From Camelus ferus (Eukaryota): DNA of 64,000 nucleotides. The notes under the pieces are model-generated. The model had not been told where the DNA came from and did no database searches. It saw only the letters and a list, made by a program, of their open reading frames with translations. Below, piece after piece: positions 20,601 to 32,287 of the stretch. The position numbers and the translations under genes were made by a program. Where the stretch lies: assembly GCF_009834535.1 (NCBI RefSeq), contig NC_045727.1, forward strand, positions 13,516,001-13,580,000. The letters are read 5' to 3'. The first letter of the stretch is position 1; every line of letters starts with the position of its first letter.

Positions 20601-23237
20601 CCCAGGGCAGAAGACTCTTGCTTCTAGGCTTGGCTCTGCCTCCAACTTCCCACAAACCTGGAGCCTTTCTCGGCTTTTCCTCAAGCCATGCCCCACGTCC
20701 ATTAGCAGAGTGGATTTATCGAATGGATGGAAAGGGCACTGGCTGGGAGTCAGCTGAGCAGGGCTCTAGTCCTTCTCTGCCGGCAGTGCAACACTGTGTG
20801 ACTTGGGGCAAGTTACTTTACCTCTCTGAGCCTCAGTATTGTTGTCTATCCTACAGGAGGGTTGAGATTGTATAACAGCCAAGAACCCTTTTGGTTCTAC
20901 AGGTTGAATACTCCAGGTTCTGAGACTGCCAGCGGAAGGGTTTCCAGAGGGCACCATTCTGTTACCCAGAACAAGTCCCTGTCCCAGAACAAGCCTCCCG
21001 CAGCCCCTCTTCCCTCACCTCGGAGCCAGCGCAGAAGAAAATAGTCATCTGGATTCGGCAGGGTGGGCAGCACATCCTGGACATTCTCCCGAAACTGTAG
21101 GGAGAGGCAGTGGGGTGAGTGGCAGGTCCCACCCTGACCACCCTCTGCCCGGGACTCTCGTAGGAGCCTTTGCCAGACCCCTGCTCAACACGGGTCAACT
21201 CTGCCAACACTGGCTGAGCCCCTGGGCTGCACAGGACCCTCTGTCTGTCGTGCTGCGGGGTGCTGGGTAGCAGGAGGAAGTGGGAAGGAAGTAAGACACT
21301 GCCCCTGCCTGGCTGTGTGCACTAACACACTCCGGAGTGATGGGTGGACAGATAGTCTGGTATGTGCTACAGTAAAAGCTTCAGGTTTTTAGTCAGCTTA
21401 CCAAGCATTCCTCGTGTGCCCAGCCCTGAACTTGGCACTTCTTCACTCCTCACTCAGAGTCTCTAGGGGTATGACTGCCCCCATTTTACAGGTGAAGGAA
21501 TCAGAGCTCAGAGAGGCTAAGTAACATGCCCAAAGTCAAACAGCTAGTAAGCAGCAGAGCTGGGATGCAAACCTGGGTCTGTCCCAGGCCACAGCATGCA
21601 CTTCCCACGTGGTATTCTGCCCCTTTAGTAATGGAATGGTGGGCACTGTGCCCGGGGACCAGAGGGAAGGAAGAGTTTGATTCTGACTGGGGCCAGGAAG
21701 AGGGTGGTCTCATATGACTTCATATAAAAAATGGCATTTGACTGGGTTTGAAGGGCTTTAAAGGCAGCAGGGAAAGGGAGGAGGCAGTCCAAGTGGAGGG
21801 AACTGCTCCAGCCAGAAGCCCTGAAGGGGGAAGGTGCAAGGAGTGCCAAACAAGAGGTGGACAGTGACCCCAAGGATGGCCACTCCCACCTCCAACTGCT
21901 GGCTACCCAGTAGGTGAGCACACCCCGAGGTGTCCTCCTCAAGCCTCCTGCTCCCAGCCACTCACCTTTTCCTAGTCACTGACCCTGCGGGGCAGCCTCA
22001 GACAGGACCAATGGGAACCCGCCACCTCTGCCCCTTGCCTAGGTCAGCCAGGGACTCAAATCATCCAATCCCCCAAACAGCTCCCAGACCCCCAGGGAAA
22101 CTGGCATGAAGCCACCCCTCACCAAGGACCCTAGCCAGCCCCCGGTTTCTAGTTTAATCACCACCTAATCCCTTCTCTGCCTGACTTCCCCTGCAGGTCA
22201 GCAGTAAAATCTGAAACCTCCCTATCCAGCCTCCCTGGGATGGGGAGGCCCAGCCTGGGGCAAAGCCTTCACAGGGCTGGTGCCTCGGTCCCACTGCATA
22301 GCAGGAGACATCTGCCCCCACCCCTTCCCAGCTGTGGAGCCTCCAAACCTTGAGACTGGACTCAGTTGGCTCCAGCTCAGAGAACAGCAACCTCTCCTCT
22401 CCCCAAGGGCAGCAGAGGAGATCCAGGTGGCAGGGAGAGGGTTGGGCTCTGGAACTATTGCCCCCTCCTCTGCCCAGGCGACAAGGCAAAGCCAGGCTTA
22501 CCTCCTTGCCTTCTGGAGAGCAGCATCAGCCCAAGTCCCCATGCAGGGAGGGGCCTGGGTTGCAGGACAGGGGAAGACTGGTCTCAGCTCAAACTAACCC
22601 CAACCCAGCGAGTCACCCGCAGGATCTCAGGCTTCGCACTTGAAGGTACCCCTTCAACATCATCTGGCCCAGTCTCCTCAATTCATCTCCTCAAGGAGCA
22701 AACGGAGAAGGACCGGTTTTACCCAAGGTCGCAGGGAGACCTGGTGCCAGAGCAGGAGCCGTCCAAGTCTCCCAAGGAGCCCTCTGGGCCCTCCCCATCG
22801 CGCCCCTGCAAGAGGAAAACCTCCCGGAAATGGGAGGAAACCTGGGGCCCTGCCCCTGCCCCTGCCCCCAGGGACCGGCTGCGAGTCCGGGTGATGAACG
22901 TCGCCTTTGTGCCCTCAGCTGCCTCCGTGGGCTTCCAAGCAACCCCTTCTTCCCAGGTGGCAGCGCCAAGGGCTCGCTCGGGACTGGGGCCGGGGCGGTC
23001 AAACTTCCCCGGGGCCCCCTCGGCGGCGGAGGGAGGGAGGGAGGGAGGGGGCGGCGGCGGGCAGCCCGGTGCCGCCGGGTGCTGCTGCCTCCGCCGCCCC
23101 CCACCCAGCCCCTTCCCCGCTCGCTGCCGCGGGAGGACGAGGGCCACCGCCCGGGGCGGGGCCGGGCCGGCGTGAGGGCTCACCTTGGCCAGTGCCTCCT
23201 TCTGCTTAGGGCTCAGGTCGCCGACTCTGCCGCTCAT
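5518..23237 (-). CDS. SEC14L2: SEC14-like protein 2 (supernatant protein factor / TAP1; CRAL-TRIO + GOLD), spliced; exons 23184-23237, 21019-21094, 16821-16864, 16362-16421, 15927-16115, 14809-14904, 14612-14672, 14188-14271, 10997-11103, 10776-10915, 10458-10627; exon 12 CDS inferred inside N gap
   Basis: Eleven exons (54,76,44,60,189,96,61,84,107,140,170 = 1081 nt) join in frame to [43 protein letters not shown]...[13 protein letters not shown]...TCSDPGI; [13 protein letters not shown] favours L2 over L3/L4; position between RNF215 and MTFP1. Confidence 0.96.
9430..9910 (-). mobile_element. Old L1M 3' fragment in SEC14L2 intron 11
   Basis: L1 3'UTR-type text (gtatattccattgtatggatgggccatgattt...; ctgtaggataaatttcc.gag.tagaattgctgagtcaaaggg). 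Confidence 0.6.
10458..10627 (-). CDS. SEC14L2: SEC14L2 exon 11 (170 nt, phase-1 donor)
   Basis: [56 protein letters not shown]; ATCT|gtaagt. Confidence 0.95.
10776..10915 (-). CDS. SEC14L2: SEC14L2 exon 10 (140 nt)
   Basis: [46 protein letters not shown]. Confidence 0.95.
10997..11103 (-). CDS. SEC14L2: SEC14L2 exon 9 (107 nt)
   Basis: [35 protein letters not shown]. Confidence 0.95.
14188..14271 (-). CDS. SEC14L2: SEC14L2 exon 8 (84 nt)
   Basis: [27 protein letters not shown]. Confidence 0.95.
14612..14672 (-). CDS. SEC14L2: SEC14L2 exon 7 (61 nt)
   Basis: [20 protein letters not shown]. Confidence 0.95.
14809..14904 (-). CDS. SEC14L2: SEC14L2 exon 6 (96 nt)
   Basis: [32 protein letters not shown]. 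Confidence 0.93.
15927..16115 (-). CDS. SEC14L2: SEC14L2 exon 5 (189 nt)
   Basis: [63 protein letters not shown]. Confidence 0.95.
16362..16421 (-). CDS. SEC14L2: SEC14L2 exon 4 (60 nt)
   Basis: [20 protein letters not shown]. Confidence 0.95.
16821..16864 (-). CDS. SEC14L2: SEC14L2 exon 3 (44 nt)
   Basis: [14 protein letters not shown]. Confidence 0.95.
17048..17102. promoter_or_regulatory. Nuclear-receptor half-site cluster (DR4 + DR0 + IR8)
   Basis: GGTTCA gggc AGGTCA (17048-17063); AGTTCA GGGTCA (17077-17088); GGGTCA n8 TGACCC (17083-17102); motif only. Confidence 0.45.
21019..21094 (-). CDS. SEC14L2: SEC14L2 exon 2 (76 nt)
   Basis: [25 protein letters not shown]. Confidence 0.95.
21450..21600 (-). 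mobile_element. MIR SINE fragment
   Basis: cccccattttacaggtgaaggaatcagagctcagagaggctaagtaacatgcccaaagtc...gggatgcaaacct. Confidence 0.65.
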
Positions 23238-23500
23238 CGTGGCTCAGGCTCGGGCGCGGCGGTTGCGGCAGCAGATGGAGCACGGACTCCTTCTCCGCCG
23301 CCGGAGTAAAGTCCCAGCCTTTTGCCGGGGCCGCGGTGGCGGCCAAGCCCCGCCTCTTAAAGGAGCCCAAGGGGCGGGAGTAGGGAGAGATGCGCTGGGC
23401 GCAGCAACCTCTGACGCGGGCCCCCTCCGCCCTCTTGAGGAGGACACCTGGGCGGGAGGCGAGCAGGAGTGCCACCCGGGCCGGCCGAGGCCAGTGTCCA
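22860..23500 (-). promoter_or_regulatory. SEC14L2: SEC14L2 CpG island, promoter and first exon
   Basis: CpG-dense; GC box near 23348-23354; AT-rich TTTAAGA element near 23355-23361 upstream of the 5'UTR. Confidence 0.85.
23184..23237 (-). CDS. SEC14L2: SEC14L2 exon 1 CDS (54 nt)
   Basis: ccacgATG Kozak; [18 protein letters not shown]; AAG|gtgagc. Confidence 0.96.
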
Positions 23501-23910
23501 TCAGAAAAACAGGAAGTATGGGTTCCAGTCCCAAATTTACCCTTAGCTCACAGTGTGACCTTGGAGGAGACAGACACCTGAGCTCTCCAGATCTTGGTTT
23601 CCCTATCGAGATGCTATCTAATGAGTTCTAAGATTAGGTTCCTACGGTGCAGGACCTCTCCCCCCAACACGGGAGGGAGCGTGCCTGGCTGCCTCTGTAG
23701 AGGGCCAGGTTCCCTGAGTCTAGACATCGCCCTGCCTCCAGCACAGTCGTATTGGCCTTTTCTCTCTGGGCCCTTGCCCTCCTCCTGTCCTGCCAGTTTT
23801 TGGACCACTGCTTCCAACCCAGCTTGGGGACCTTTCGGTGTTAACAGCCTTTCCCCTCTACCTGTGGGTCAGGCAGGCGGGCTGAGGGGCTCACGAGGCA
23901 TAGACCCCAT

Positions 23911-23923
23911 CGCCCCCTAGCGG
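23911..23923 (-). promoter_or_regulatory. CTCF-like motif (CCGCTAGGGGGCG)
   Basis: Close match to the CCASYAGRKGGCG core on the - strand. Confidence 0.5.
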
Positions 23924-24029
23924 GGGGGGGGGGGGGCTGTCCTCTACTTTTGACCTTCTCAGCACTCCAGGAGAGGCTTCCAAGGTGCTCGCACCCGTGG
24001 CTGGCATGGAGGGGGTGCTTCCTCCCAGG

Positions 24030-24230
24030 GAATCAGAAGACCTGAGTTTGAATCCTACATCTTCCACTCCTTTTTATGAGACTTCACTCAGCAAGTGTCA
24101 CCTCTCTGAATCCAATCTTCTTCATTCACTAAATGGAGGTGAGTGATCTGGATTTCAAGTCAGCGTGAGAGGATAAAGCAAGCTCATATACAGAATTCAC
24201 TCAGTGCAGTGCCTCACACAGCATCCACAT
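24030..24230 (+). mobile_element. MIR SINE fragment
   Basis: gacctgagtttgaatcctacat...ctcagcaagtgtcacctctctgaa...aaatggag. Confidence 0.55.
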
Positions 24231-27200
24231 CTGTGACCACCCGCAAGTCCACCATGCACAGCCTCCTTTTGCTGCCTGCCTGGCCTGGCCTCTGGGTGGG
24301 GATGGAAGAAGCCACAGTGAAAACGATGGCCCCATGAAAGCTGGCCTATCAGCTTATCTGCTTCCCCTGCTCACACCCAGGGGCCGGAGCTGTGGGTTCC
24401 CGTGTGGCTGCAAATCTGACTCGTGGGACAAGTGCCATCTGACTGTCCTGCCATGCCCCAGTCACAGCCCCTTCCCCATACAATGAAGCCATTTCCTACT
24501 TTCCCAGCTCACCAGCCGTCCCCCTCTGCCGGGGTTCCCCCTCCCCCACTCTAATCCTACCTCCATGGCAGCAGCTGGTCACATGCCTTGGGCCATACTC
24601 TCCTTCTTCTGTGTTCCAGGCCCTAGGCGCTGTTCTGGGGACCCAGATGCCATCTTGACCTCCCAAAGGTAAGGCACAGGCACTATCAACTAGAATACAA
24701 GGGCAAGATACATGTCCCAAAGAGAGCCAGCAAGTGCCTGGGAGCTTAAAGGGGGAGAGTTTGCTTTGGGTGGGAAAAATCCTAGAAGACTGCATGGAAG
24801 GAGTGGCACTGGAGCTGGGCCCTAAAAATCTAGGGTGGGAAGGAGACAGAAAAGAGATTCACTTATTGCATGCAGGCACAATTGCACGAGCAAAGTTTTA
24901 GTGGTTGGTAGGAAGCATGGCTACAACCAAAGAGGAGGGGAGAGAGGGAGGAGGCCGGGAGGACCAGCAGGACCTCACCATGGCTCTGCTTAGTAGCATC
25001 TACCCAGCCAGACCAGGAGGTTCTTGGGCATGGGGCCCTGTTGGACTCACCCTTGAATCCCCACAAACCCCCTCCCCCCAGCACAGCATCTTGCACACAG
25101 GGGCTGCTCAATAAATCTATGTTGAATGAATGAATGAATGCAAGAAACACTCCAGTAAGCACAGAGCTGGGTGCCGGCGGCACTCGGGAAAGAGGCTTAA
25201 ACATAGATCATTCAGGGGTCAGGCAGCTCCTCTCACTTAACAGCCATGGAAACTGAGGCCCAAAGAGGTCATGACCTGCCCAAGGTCATCAGTGGCGTGA
25301 CAGATGTGGAGAGCTTTGCCCCATGGCTTCCCTTTGCTGCCTGAAATTCATGCAGAATAAGGCCCAGGAGACTCTGAGCATCGCACCTCCCAGAGCACCA
25401 TCCCTGCCACCTCCGCACTCAGCCTCCAGGAGAGTAGAAGGCAGGCCGTCCCCAGGCTCTCCAGGTTAGAAGGCGGAGGCAGCTGCAGCAGATGGTTGGG
25501 AGGATTGGCGTGCCCTCCACTGGGCATGTCTGCCAGGGCACAGAGTGAGGGTCTTGGGTCCAGCCTGGTGACTGAGAGGCCCCCACCCCTGCGAAAGAGT
25601 TTTCAGGAGGTCTTAGCAGCCCTGCCCTTGTTAATGACCATGGGCTTTGGCTGCCTTCCTTACTGCGTGCATGGCTGAGATCTTCCTTTAAGACCCTTCC
25701 AGGGGTAAGATGCTCTTTTCAGTGATGGGCTTACTCCAAGGAAAATAGAGGAACAGACCCTTAGGTTGGTTTAGCATTTTACAGTCTACAAGGCACTTTC
25801 AGATCGAGCTTGTCATTTAAGCATGTGGTGACCTGCTAAGGTAGGCAGGCCAGATGACTTATTGAGGAATCTGAGGGAGAGAGGCAGTCACGTGAGACTG
25901 CGTTTAGAGTTGTGACTTGAACCCAAGTGTCCAGCTTCCCAGCCAACTGCTCCCAGGGGCTCATGGGCTGGGATGTGGACTAGCCAGGGAGCTGCCTGCA
26001 GAGGCTGTCCAGGAAAGCACCATGAGAACATTCACCCAGGAGGGAGCTTTGATTTCAGTCGGAGAAGCTCCACGCTGTCCCTCAGATGTACCTCAGCCCT
26101 CTGGCCTCTTCAGAGTTGCTCCCCTCTCCTGTTCCCTCTTCCTGCCAGATCCTCCGGGCCTTCAAAGCCTGAGCAAATGCTGGTTTCCAGGAATCTCTCC
26201 CTGATCCACCCAACCCAATGTGACCTCTGCCAACCATTAGCCCTTTGCTCCTGGCTTTGACCCAAGGATTTAGGAGGCATGTGTGTCACAGTTTTAGTCT
26301 TGGGAGGTTGTGCCCCGGGGTTGAGATTCCTCTCAGAGGCTTCTCTGAGGCAGCAGGAGCACTGGATGGGGAGTCCAGAGCCTGGGCTTTGGACCACGTT
26401 CTTGAGGGAATGGGCTGTGGTGACTATTTCACAGTGAGCATTGCGGGGGGCCTGGCCGGGGCATCTGCCCTTGACCTCTGGGCCTTGAATGACTCTCCTC
26501 TAAAACAAGGATATTGACCTGGTGGTCAGAGGTCCCTGGGTGCTCTGCCCTCTGAGTCTGTGTTGCCAAAGGGGAAAGGGTGGTGCGGAGGTGGCATGGT
26601 GATATGAGAGTTGGAGAGAACAGTCCTTTAAATCCTTCAGCAAATATTTGTGGAACACTCTACTTCTATGGGACCAAGAGAGCTGGAACTCTCTGGAAAG
26701 CCCTTGTGCTTGTGGGCCGCCATGCAGAAAGGCCCTGCCTCTGAGCCTCCTCCCAGCCCTGCCACGTGCTGCCTTGAGTCTGTTTCCAACAACGTTGGGG
26801 AGGAATAAAGAAATCTGCCCCCTTCCCTGGGACTATGCCGTCCGGACGGTGGATGTGGCAGAATGAAGGAGCAGTGGTGATGGACTGGCTCCTGTACCTG
26901 CCGCCCTACCCAGGTGGCCCAGGCTTCGGTCCTGAGCAGGGCTGAGTATTTGTGCAGTGGGCATGGGGCCAGGCCCAGGGACACCTCAGAGAATGAGGCC
27001 TGCCAGTCCTGCCCTCAAGGAGTGCCCGGTCTACCGGGCGACCGCCAAGGCAATAGGTCATTCTGGTACCAGGCATTATGGTGCAGACGGGAGCATCCTC
27101 ATCCAGTCAAGGGATGGGGGCATCCTAGGTTCCCCAGAGACCTGATGGCTGAGCAGGAGTCGGCCAGGCTGGAGGGAGCAGGAGGCCTGGAGACCACTCA

Positions 27201-29644
27201 TTCATTTATTCATACGTTCATTCATTCATTCAGCACATGTTTAACTGAGCACTGTGCTATTAATCATGGAGTAAATTAGTGCCCTCGAGTAACTTACAGT
27301 ACTGGGGGTGGGGCATGTCCAGACTGAGGTCAGGCTGCGGAGAAGTCAGAGTGGGTAAAGGGGGCGAAATAGCCAGGGCTTGGGAGTACGTGGATGTTGG
27401 TAGGCTGGGTGTCAGGAAGGACCACTGAGCAGTGAAGAGAAGCTATTCTGGGATGCTGGAGCTGGGGGTGGGTGGTCTTTCTCCTTTGGGGGCCTGGTCA
27501 TCCTTGGTGTTGAACGAGACTGACACGTCCGTGAGGGTGAATTCAGGCTGTGGACGAGAGTGTCTTTGTAGGTTGGAGGGCCACACATGGATCTCCCCTG
27601 GGGGGGGGTATATATGGGGGAGGCGTGCAGGACGAGGAGCCCTCTTTGTAGACCCCTCTGGTTCCAGCTGCAGCCCTGCCCTGCTGCCCAGAATACAGGA
27701 TGGCAACCGTCTATTTCCTTACTGCTTGTCTCCCCCACCCTGCTTTCCCCACGGACCCTCCCCTCCGAACATGAGGAGGCCAGGGGTCTTCAGGGACTTC
27801 AGTCCAGGAGGTGGCAGCCGGAGTTCCCCATGATGTCTGCAGCAGCTCCTGGACCCCCTGCTCTTGCCTCTCCCCCTGCACTGATGCTGTGAAAGCAGAG
27901 GAAGCAGTCCTGGACCAGGAGCTAAACTCCAGCTCCTCTGGTGGCAAAGTCACCTGCCTTTTCTGGGTGTCACTGGAGAGAAAAATAATCCTTGCTTCTC
28001 TCCCAGGGCTGCTGTGAGAATTCCAAGCAGAATAATGGCTGGGAAAGTAGTGGGTGCACAAACAGGAGGGATTATTAATACTATCATGTGTTATTTCTGA
28101 AGGAAACTAAGCCTGTCTGTCTCCTCCCACGGAGCCCACTTCCTCCTCACTTCCGCAGTCCATCCTGGCTTTACGAAGACACAAATCCGCTCCCCGCCCC
28201 ACTCCCCACACCTGAACTCTGCTAATTAAGTCCCTTACCTTCCCGGGTATCATTGTCTAATCCCTAAGCCCTTTCTCACCAGTCTTCAGTTGTCTCTGGG
28301 AGTCAAATCCCTTTAGAATGAGGTGGCCCAGTTAGCTGTGAACCAAGAGGCTGGGGGCAGGGAGCAGGCACTTCAGGGCTCTCGGATGAGAGGGGAGGGG
28401 AGGGCAGGCGGGGTGCCGGAGACCCTGCCCCAGCTCTGGCACCTGCTGGCATGAGTCTGGAGATTTCCCTTGGGAGGAGTGGGTTCTCCTCACATTGGGT
28501 CGTTTCTACCCACACCTCCTGCATCCGAGACAGAATCCAGATTCTACAGTCAGATCTGTTCATTCCATGTTAGTGCCTGTAGGAAGCAGAACGAATGGCC
28601 CAAGGTAAGCCCACTGACTCTGCGTCTTCATGCCCAGTGCCTCGAACCCTGAAGGTGGTCGACATCTGTTTGTGGGCATGACCCCACATTCACTCTGCCC
28701 TCTGAGGGCTGGATCTCGACCACCCTGACCCCCTTCACTCTGCAGCACCCCCCTCCTCACACCACAGTTTCACTGCTGCTCTGCACCTACCCTGTGCGAT
28801 CTTAGGTGAGCCATCACCCCTCACTGGGCATCTGGGTGAGTGGAGGGAGGTGGCAACGAAAACAGGGAACCAAGAGACAGTCTAAGATTTTTCTGAGACA
28901 ATTTGCTATGTGATAAGGCAAAGAGATCTCGGGGACCTCTGAGTTCTGAAAATGCAGCCCTCCAGCCTAGCCCTCTCTCGTTGCAACTGGGCTTGAAGCC
29001 CCCATAGTTGGTGCGTTCCTGTGAGCAAGGCATTGCCTTCCTGGAGACCAACACTGGGCTCCCATGTAACCCCATTCCCTGGGGACTAGTCTGCCACCTG
29101 GTGGCAGCTTGATCACATTACCCTGTTCCATCATGGAGGGGCTGAGGTTCACGCTTCCTGGAGCAGACCCGTGTTCTTTATATGGATTTGCCCTCCCTGC
29201 CCTTCATCCTTTGGCCAGCACCCCATTCCTGGACTCGCGAAATGCATGCCCATTTTAGGCACAGCCTGGAATCACATCGAAGAATTCAACTCACGACAGA
29301 GGAAGAGCAGCCCTGGACTCGTGCCCATGGACTTCAATAGCCTCACCACACGCCCCACTCCTGGTACTAAGTCTAAAATGTTTCCTTGCCCCGACCCCAT
29401 CAGCTCTTGGGGAAAGGTACCCATGCCTCACACTTTCTTCCTCTGTCCCTTTGCAACTTTGAGGGGGTGAGGAAAGATGGGGACACACGGGCCTCCTCCA
29501 CACAGTCCACAGCCCAGCCCAGGGCCAGGAAACTTTTTATTCCAAGACATAAGTCACTGGGGATTGCAGCATGTCTGATGAAAAGACCTCCAAATTGTTT
29601 GGTCCAGCTCCCAGCTGGGTACACAGGTTAAAAAAAGGGAAGTG

Positions 29645-29745
29645 CAGCACCACCATTAAAAAGAAATAAATGAACAAATAAACCTAATTACCTCCCCCCC
29701 AACAAAAGATATATACTTTTTAAAAAAAGATTGAAAAAAAAAGGG
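29645..29745 (+). mobile_element. 5'-truncated camelid-type SINE (tail only)
   Basis: aaataaacctaattacctcccc at 29676-29697 without the tRNA head. Confidence 0.65.
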
Positions 29746-29748
29746 CAA

Positions 29749-29901
29749 GGGGAGGATATAGCTCAAGTGGTAGAACATATGCTTAGTGTGCATGAGGTCC
29801 TGGGTTCAATCCCCAGTATTCCCTCTAAACATATGCAAATAAATAAACCTAATTACCTCCCCCTGCCAAAAATAAAAAAAATTCTTTAAATTAAAAAAAA
29901 A
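29749..29901 (+). mobile_element. tRNA-derived SINE (camelid vic-1-like), full length
   Basis: A box TAGCTCAAGTGG 29759-29770, B box GGTTCAATCCC 29803-29813, AT-rich body, aaataaacctaattacctcccc, poly(A) tail. Confidence 0.85.
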
Positions 29902-31039
29902 GAAGGAAAGTGGCTTGCCTGGAGGCACCCGGTGAGAACGTGATGGCTCTGTCCCTACCAGCTCCCTACCCTACCCCAGAAGTGAAGCAAGCTGGGGTTT
30001 GGGGGTTTGGCTACTCTGGAGGGGCCCACAGGACTGAGCATCCTGTCTGTCCATCCTTGGGCGCAGAGAGGCCTGAGGCTCAGTGCCAGGCTCAGTGACC
30101 CGCCTCCTCTCCCAATTGGGATCCCTTTCTTCCCCATGGGGTCCTCCAGTCCCCTGTCTTTAGATGTTCTGCTCCCAAGCAGGGCCTCTCCAGGATTTCA
30201 CCTCCCTGCAGTCAGTCTCTAGTCATTTGCTGCGTGTTCCTGGGCTTCCACGCCTACCAGCAGCAGTGCTGACCTTCGCCACTCCTCTACCGGCACCAAC
30301 CCCACCCCATCCCACCTCACCCCACCCCTCCCAGCAGCAGAAGGGCCCTGACTGGGCTGGTCTGGCCTGCTACACCCTCCCATGCGGAGGCTATATCCTC
30401 AAGCTTTTGTCTCTTCCAGGATCGCCAGAGTCACCCCGTGGGAGGACAGACCACAGGGTAACTCTGGTTAGTTTACAGCAGCCGTCAGGCCCTCACTCAT
30501 GGAAGGCTAGGATGTGGATATTCGTAAGGATGCAGAGATGCATTCTAGGTGGGGGTCAGTTGTGAGCAAGGAGCTGCATCTGGTAAGTGTGTGTGTGTGA
30601 AGGGCAGGGAGGACCCCCTGCCTGGTGGGTGGGGTGGGGGTAAGGAGCAAGTAGTGGGAACAGGGATAGGAAGTCGGTGGAGCCAATGGCCTGGTTGAAA
30701 ACAGGGTCTGTTCTTGCAACCTTGTCATTGGGTCTAACTGACAGGCTGGGACATCACAGAATCAGAGAAGCAAGGTAATCCGTGGACACTGAGGGGCCTC
30801 CACAGTATGTTTTGCAACGTAGGAAGAGTGATTTCCTACATTCAAAAGAATGTTAGTAACCTACGCAAAGAATAAAGAAACGAGCACTCAGGTGACTTAA
30901 AAAGCAGAACACCAATACTACTGGGCCCCAGGGGGCCCCTCCCAGTTTCATCCCACTCTGGTGAGCTGATTTAATTCTCACTCAACTTAATTTGAGTTTT
31001 GGTACCGGTGAATACGTTCCTTTAAATTATAGTCAGTCT

Positions 31040-31462
31040 TGCCTTTTGTTTTTTCACTGAGGTGAAATTCACACAACATAAAATTAACCATGTTCAAGTA
31101 AAAAATTCAGTGGTATTGAGCACATTCACAGTGTTAGGCAATCATCACCTCTATCTAGTTCCAAAATGTTTCTGTCACCCCAGAAGGAAACCCCATGCTC
31201 AGTAAGCAGTCACTTGTCATTTTCCCTTCCCTGAGCTACCACTCTGCTCCCTGTCTCTATGGATTTATCTTTTCTGGGCACATCATACAATGATATGTGG
31301 CCTTTTTGTCTGGCTTCTTTTGCCTCGAATAATGTTTTCAAGGTTCATCCACATTGTCGTGGATGTCAGCCTCTCATTCCTATTTACAACTAAATAATAT
31401 TCCATCATAGGGACACATCAAAATTTGTTTATCCGTTCAGCCATTTATGGACATTTCAATTG
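31040..31462 (-). mobile_element. Old L1M 3' segment (continues after the LTR)
   Basis: ttcactgaggtgaaattcacacaacataaaattaaccat...ggacattt L1 3'UTR text; resumes at 32007 gttgtttc. Confidence 0.7.
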
Positions 31463-32006
31463 TGAAACCGTGGGGTCATGACTCAAACCCACTTCACCTG
31501 CCTTCACTCATCAAGGTCATTTTAGGACTTGAATGTTCTCCACACAGCACATGGCCTAAACAATAAAATGTTTGCCAGAGCTACTTTCCAGAAACTTAGA
31601 GTCAGCTGTGTCTAGTTGGAGCTGAGCTGGTTGAGACTGGGTAGGACCACTGACCCTCCAAGGAACATGCTGGAGCATGCAGTTCCGTGACCTTTGGATA
31701 TCAAAGGGCTGAAAAGTCCACCCTCAGATCACGCGATGAACATGCAGAGGCCTGCAGCTTAGTTGCGCCTGTGCAGAACGAAGATTACCTACCTTTTCCC
31801 GATCACCCCACCCACGCCTCACCGCTCGGCTGCTTTATTCCTCATCCCATGAATACGAGCCCCTTCAGAGAGGCGGATTTGAGACTTGTTCCCCTATCTT
31901 CTCACTTGGCCACCTTGCAGATTAAACCCTCTCTTTGCTGCGAACCTTGGCGTCTCAGTGTTTCTGCTTGCTGCGCAACGGGCAAAAGGAACCTGGTTCG
32001 GTAATA
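31463..32006 (+). mobile_element. Solo ERV LTR (544 bp; ERV1-like)
   Basis: TG...TA termini (CA decayed), 4-bp TSD ATTG/GTTG, internal ATTAAA 31921-31926, splits an L1 sequence. Confidence 0.75.
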
Positions 32007-32125
32007 GTTGTTTCTGTTGTAAGTGATGCTGCTATGAACACTGGTGTACAAGCATCTGTCCGAGTCCCTGCTTTCAGTTCTTTTGGATATACACAGAAGT
32101 GGATCATATGGTGATTATATGTTTA

Positions 32126-32212
32126 ATTTTTTTTAATGGAAGTACTGGGGATTGAACCCAGGACCTTGTGCATGCTAAGCACACACTCTACCACTGAGCT
32201 AGATCGTCCCCC
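32126..32212 (-). mobile_element. Short tRNA-derived SINE (camelid type)
   Basis: Reverse complement of head: gtactggggattgaacccaggaccttgtgcatgctaagcacacactctaccactgagct; poly(T) tail. Confidence 0.8.
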
Positions 32213-32287
32213 CAGACCATCAACCCTATTCCATGTGCATGTCTCTCTCTATGCTAGTACCATGCTGTTTTTGATGACTGTACCTTT

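Noticed and set aside
5518-23237. Assignment to SEC14L3/L4/L6
   Set aside because: [13 protein letters not shown] motif, 3'UTR resemblance and position between RNF215 and MTFP1 favour SEC14L2
22366-23631. Several long overlapping ORFs (up to 269 aa) at the SEC14L2 5' end
   Set aside because: Stop-poor CpG-island sequence, low-complexity P/G/R/A products; only the 54-nt exon is supported
29749-29825. tRNA-like A/B boxes (also near 32140, 59660, 62230)
   Set aside because: SINE heads: degenerate cloverleaf, shared non-tRNA body, poly(A) tails and TSDs
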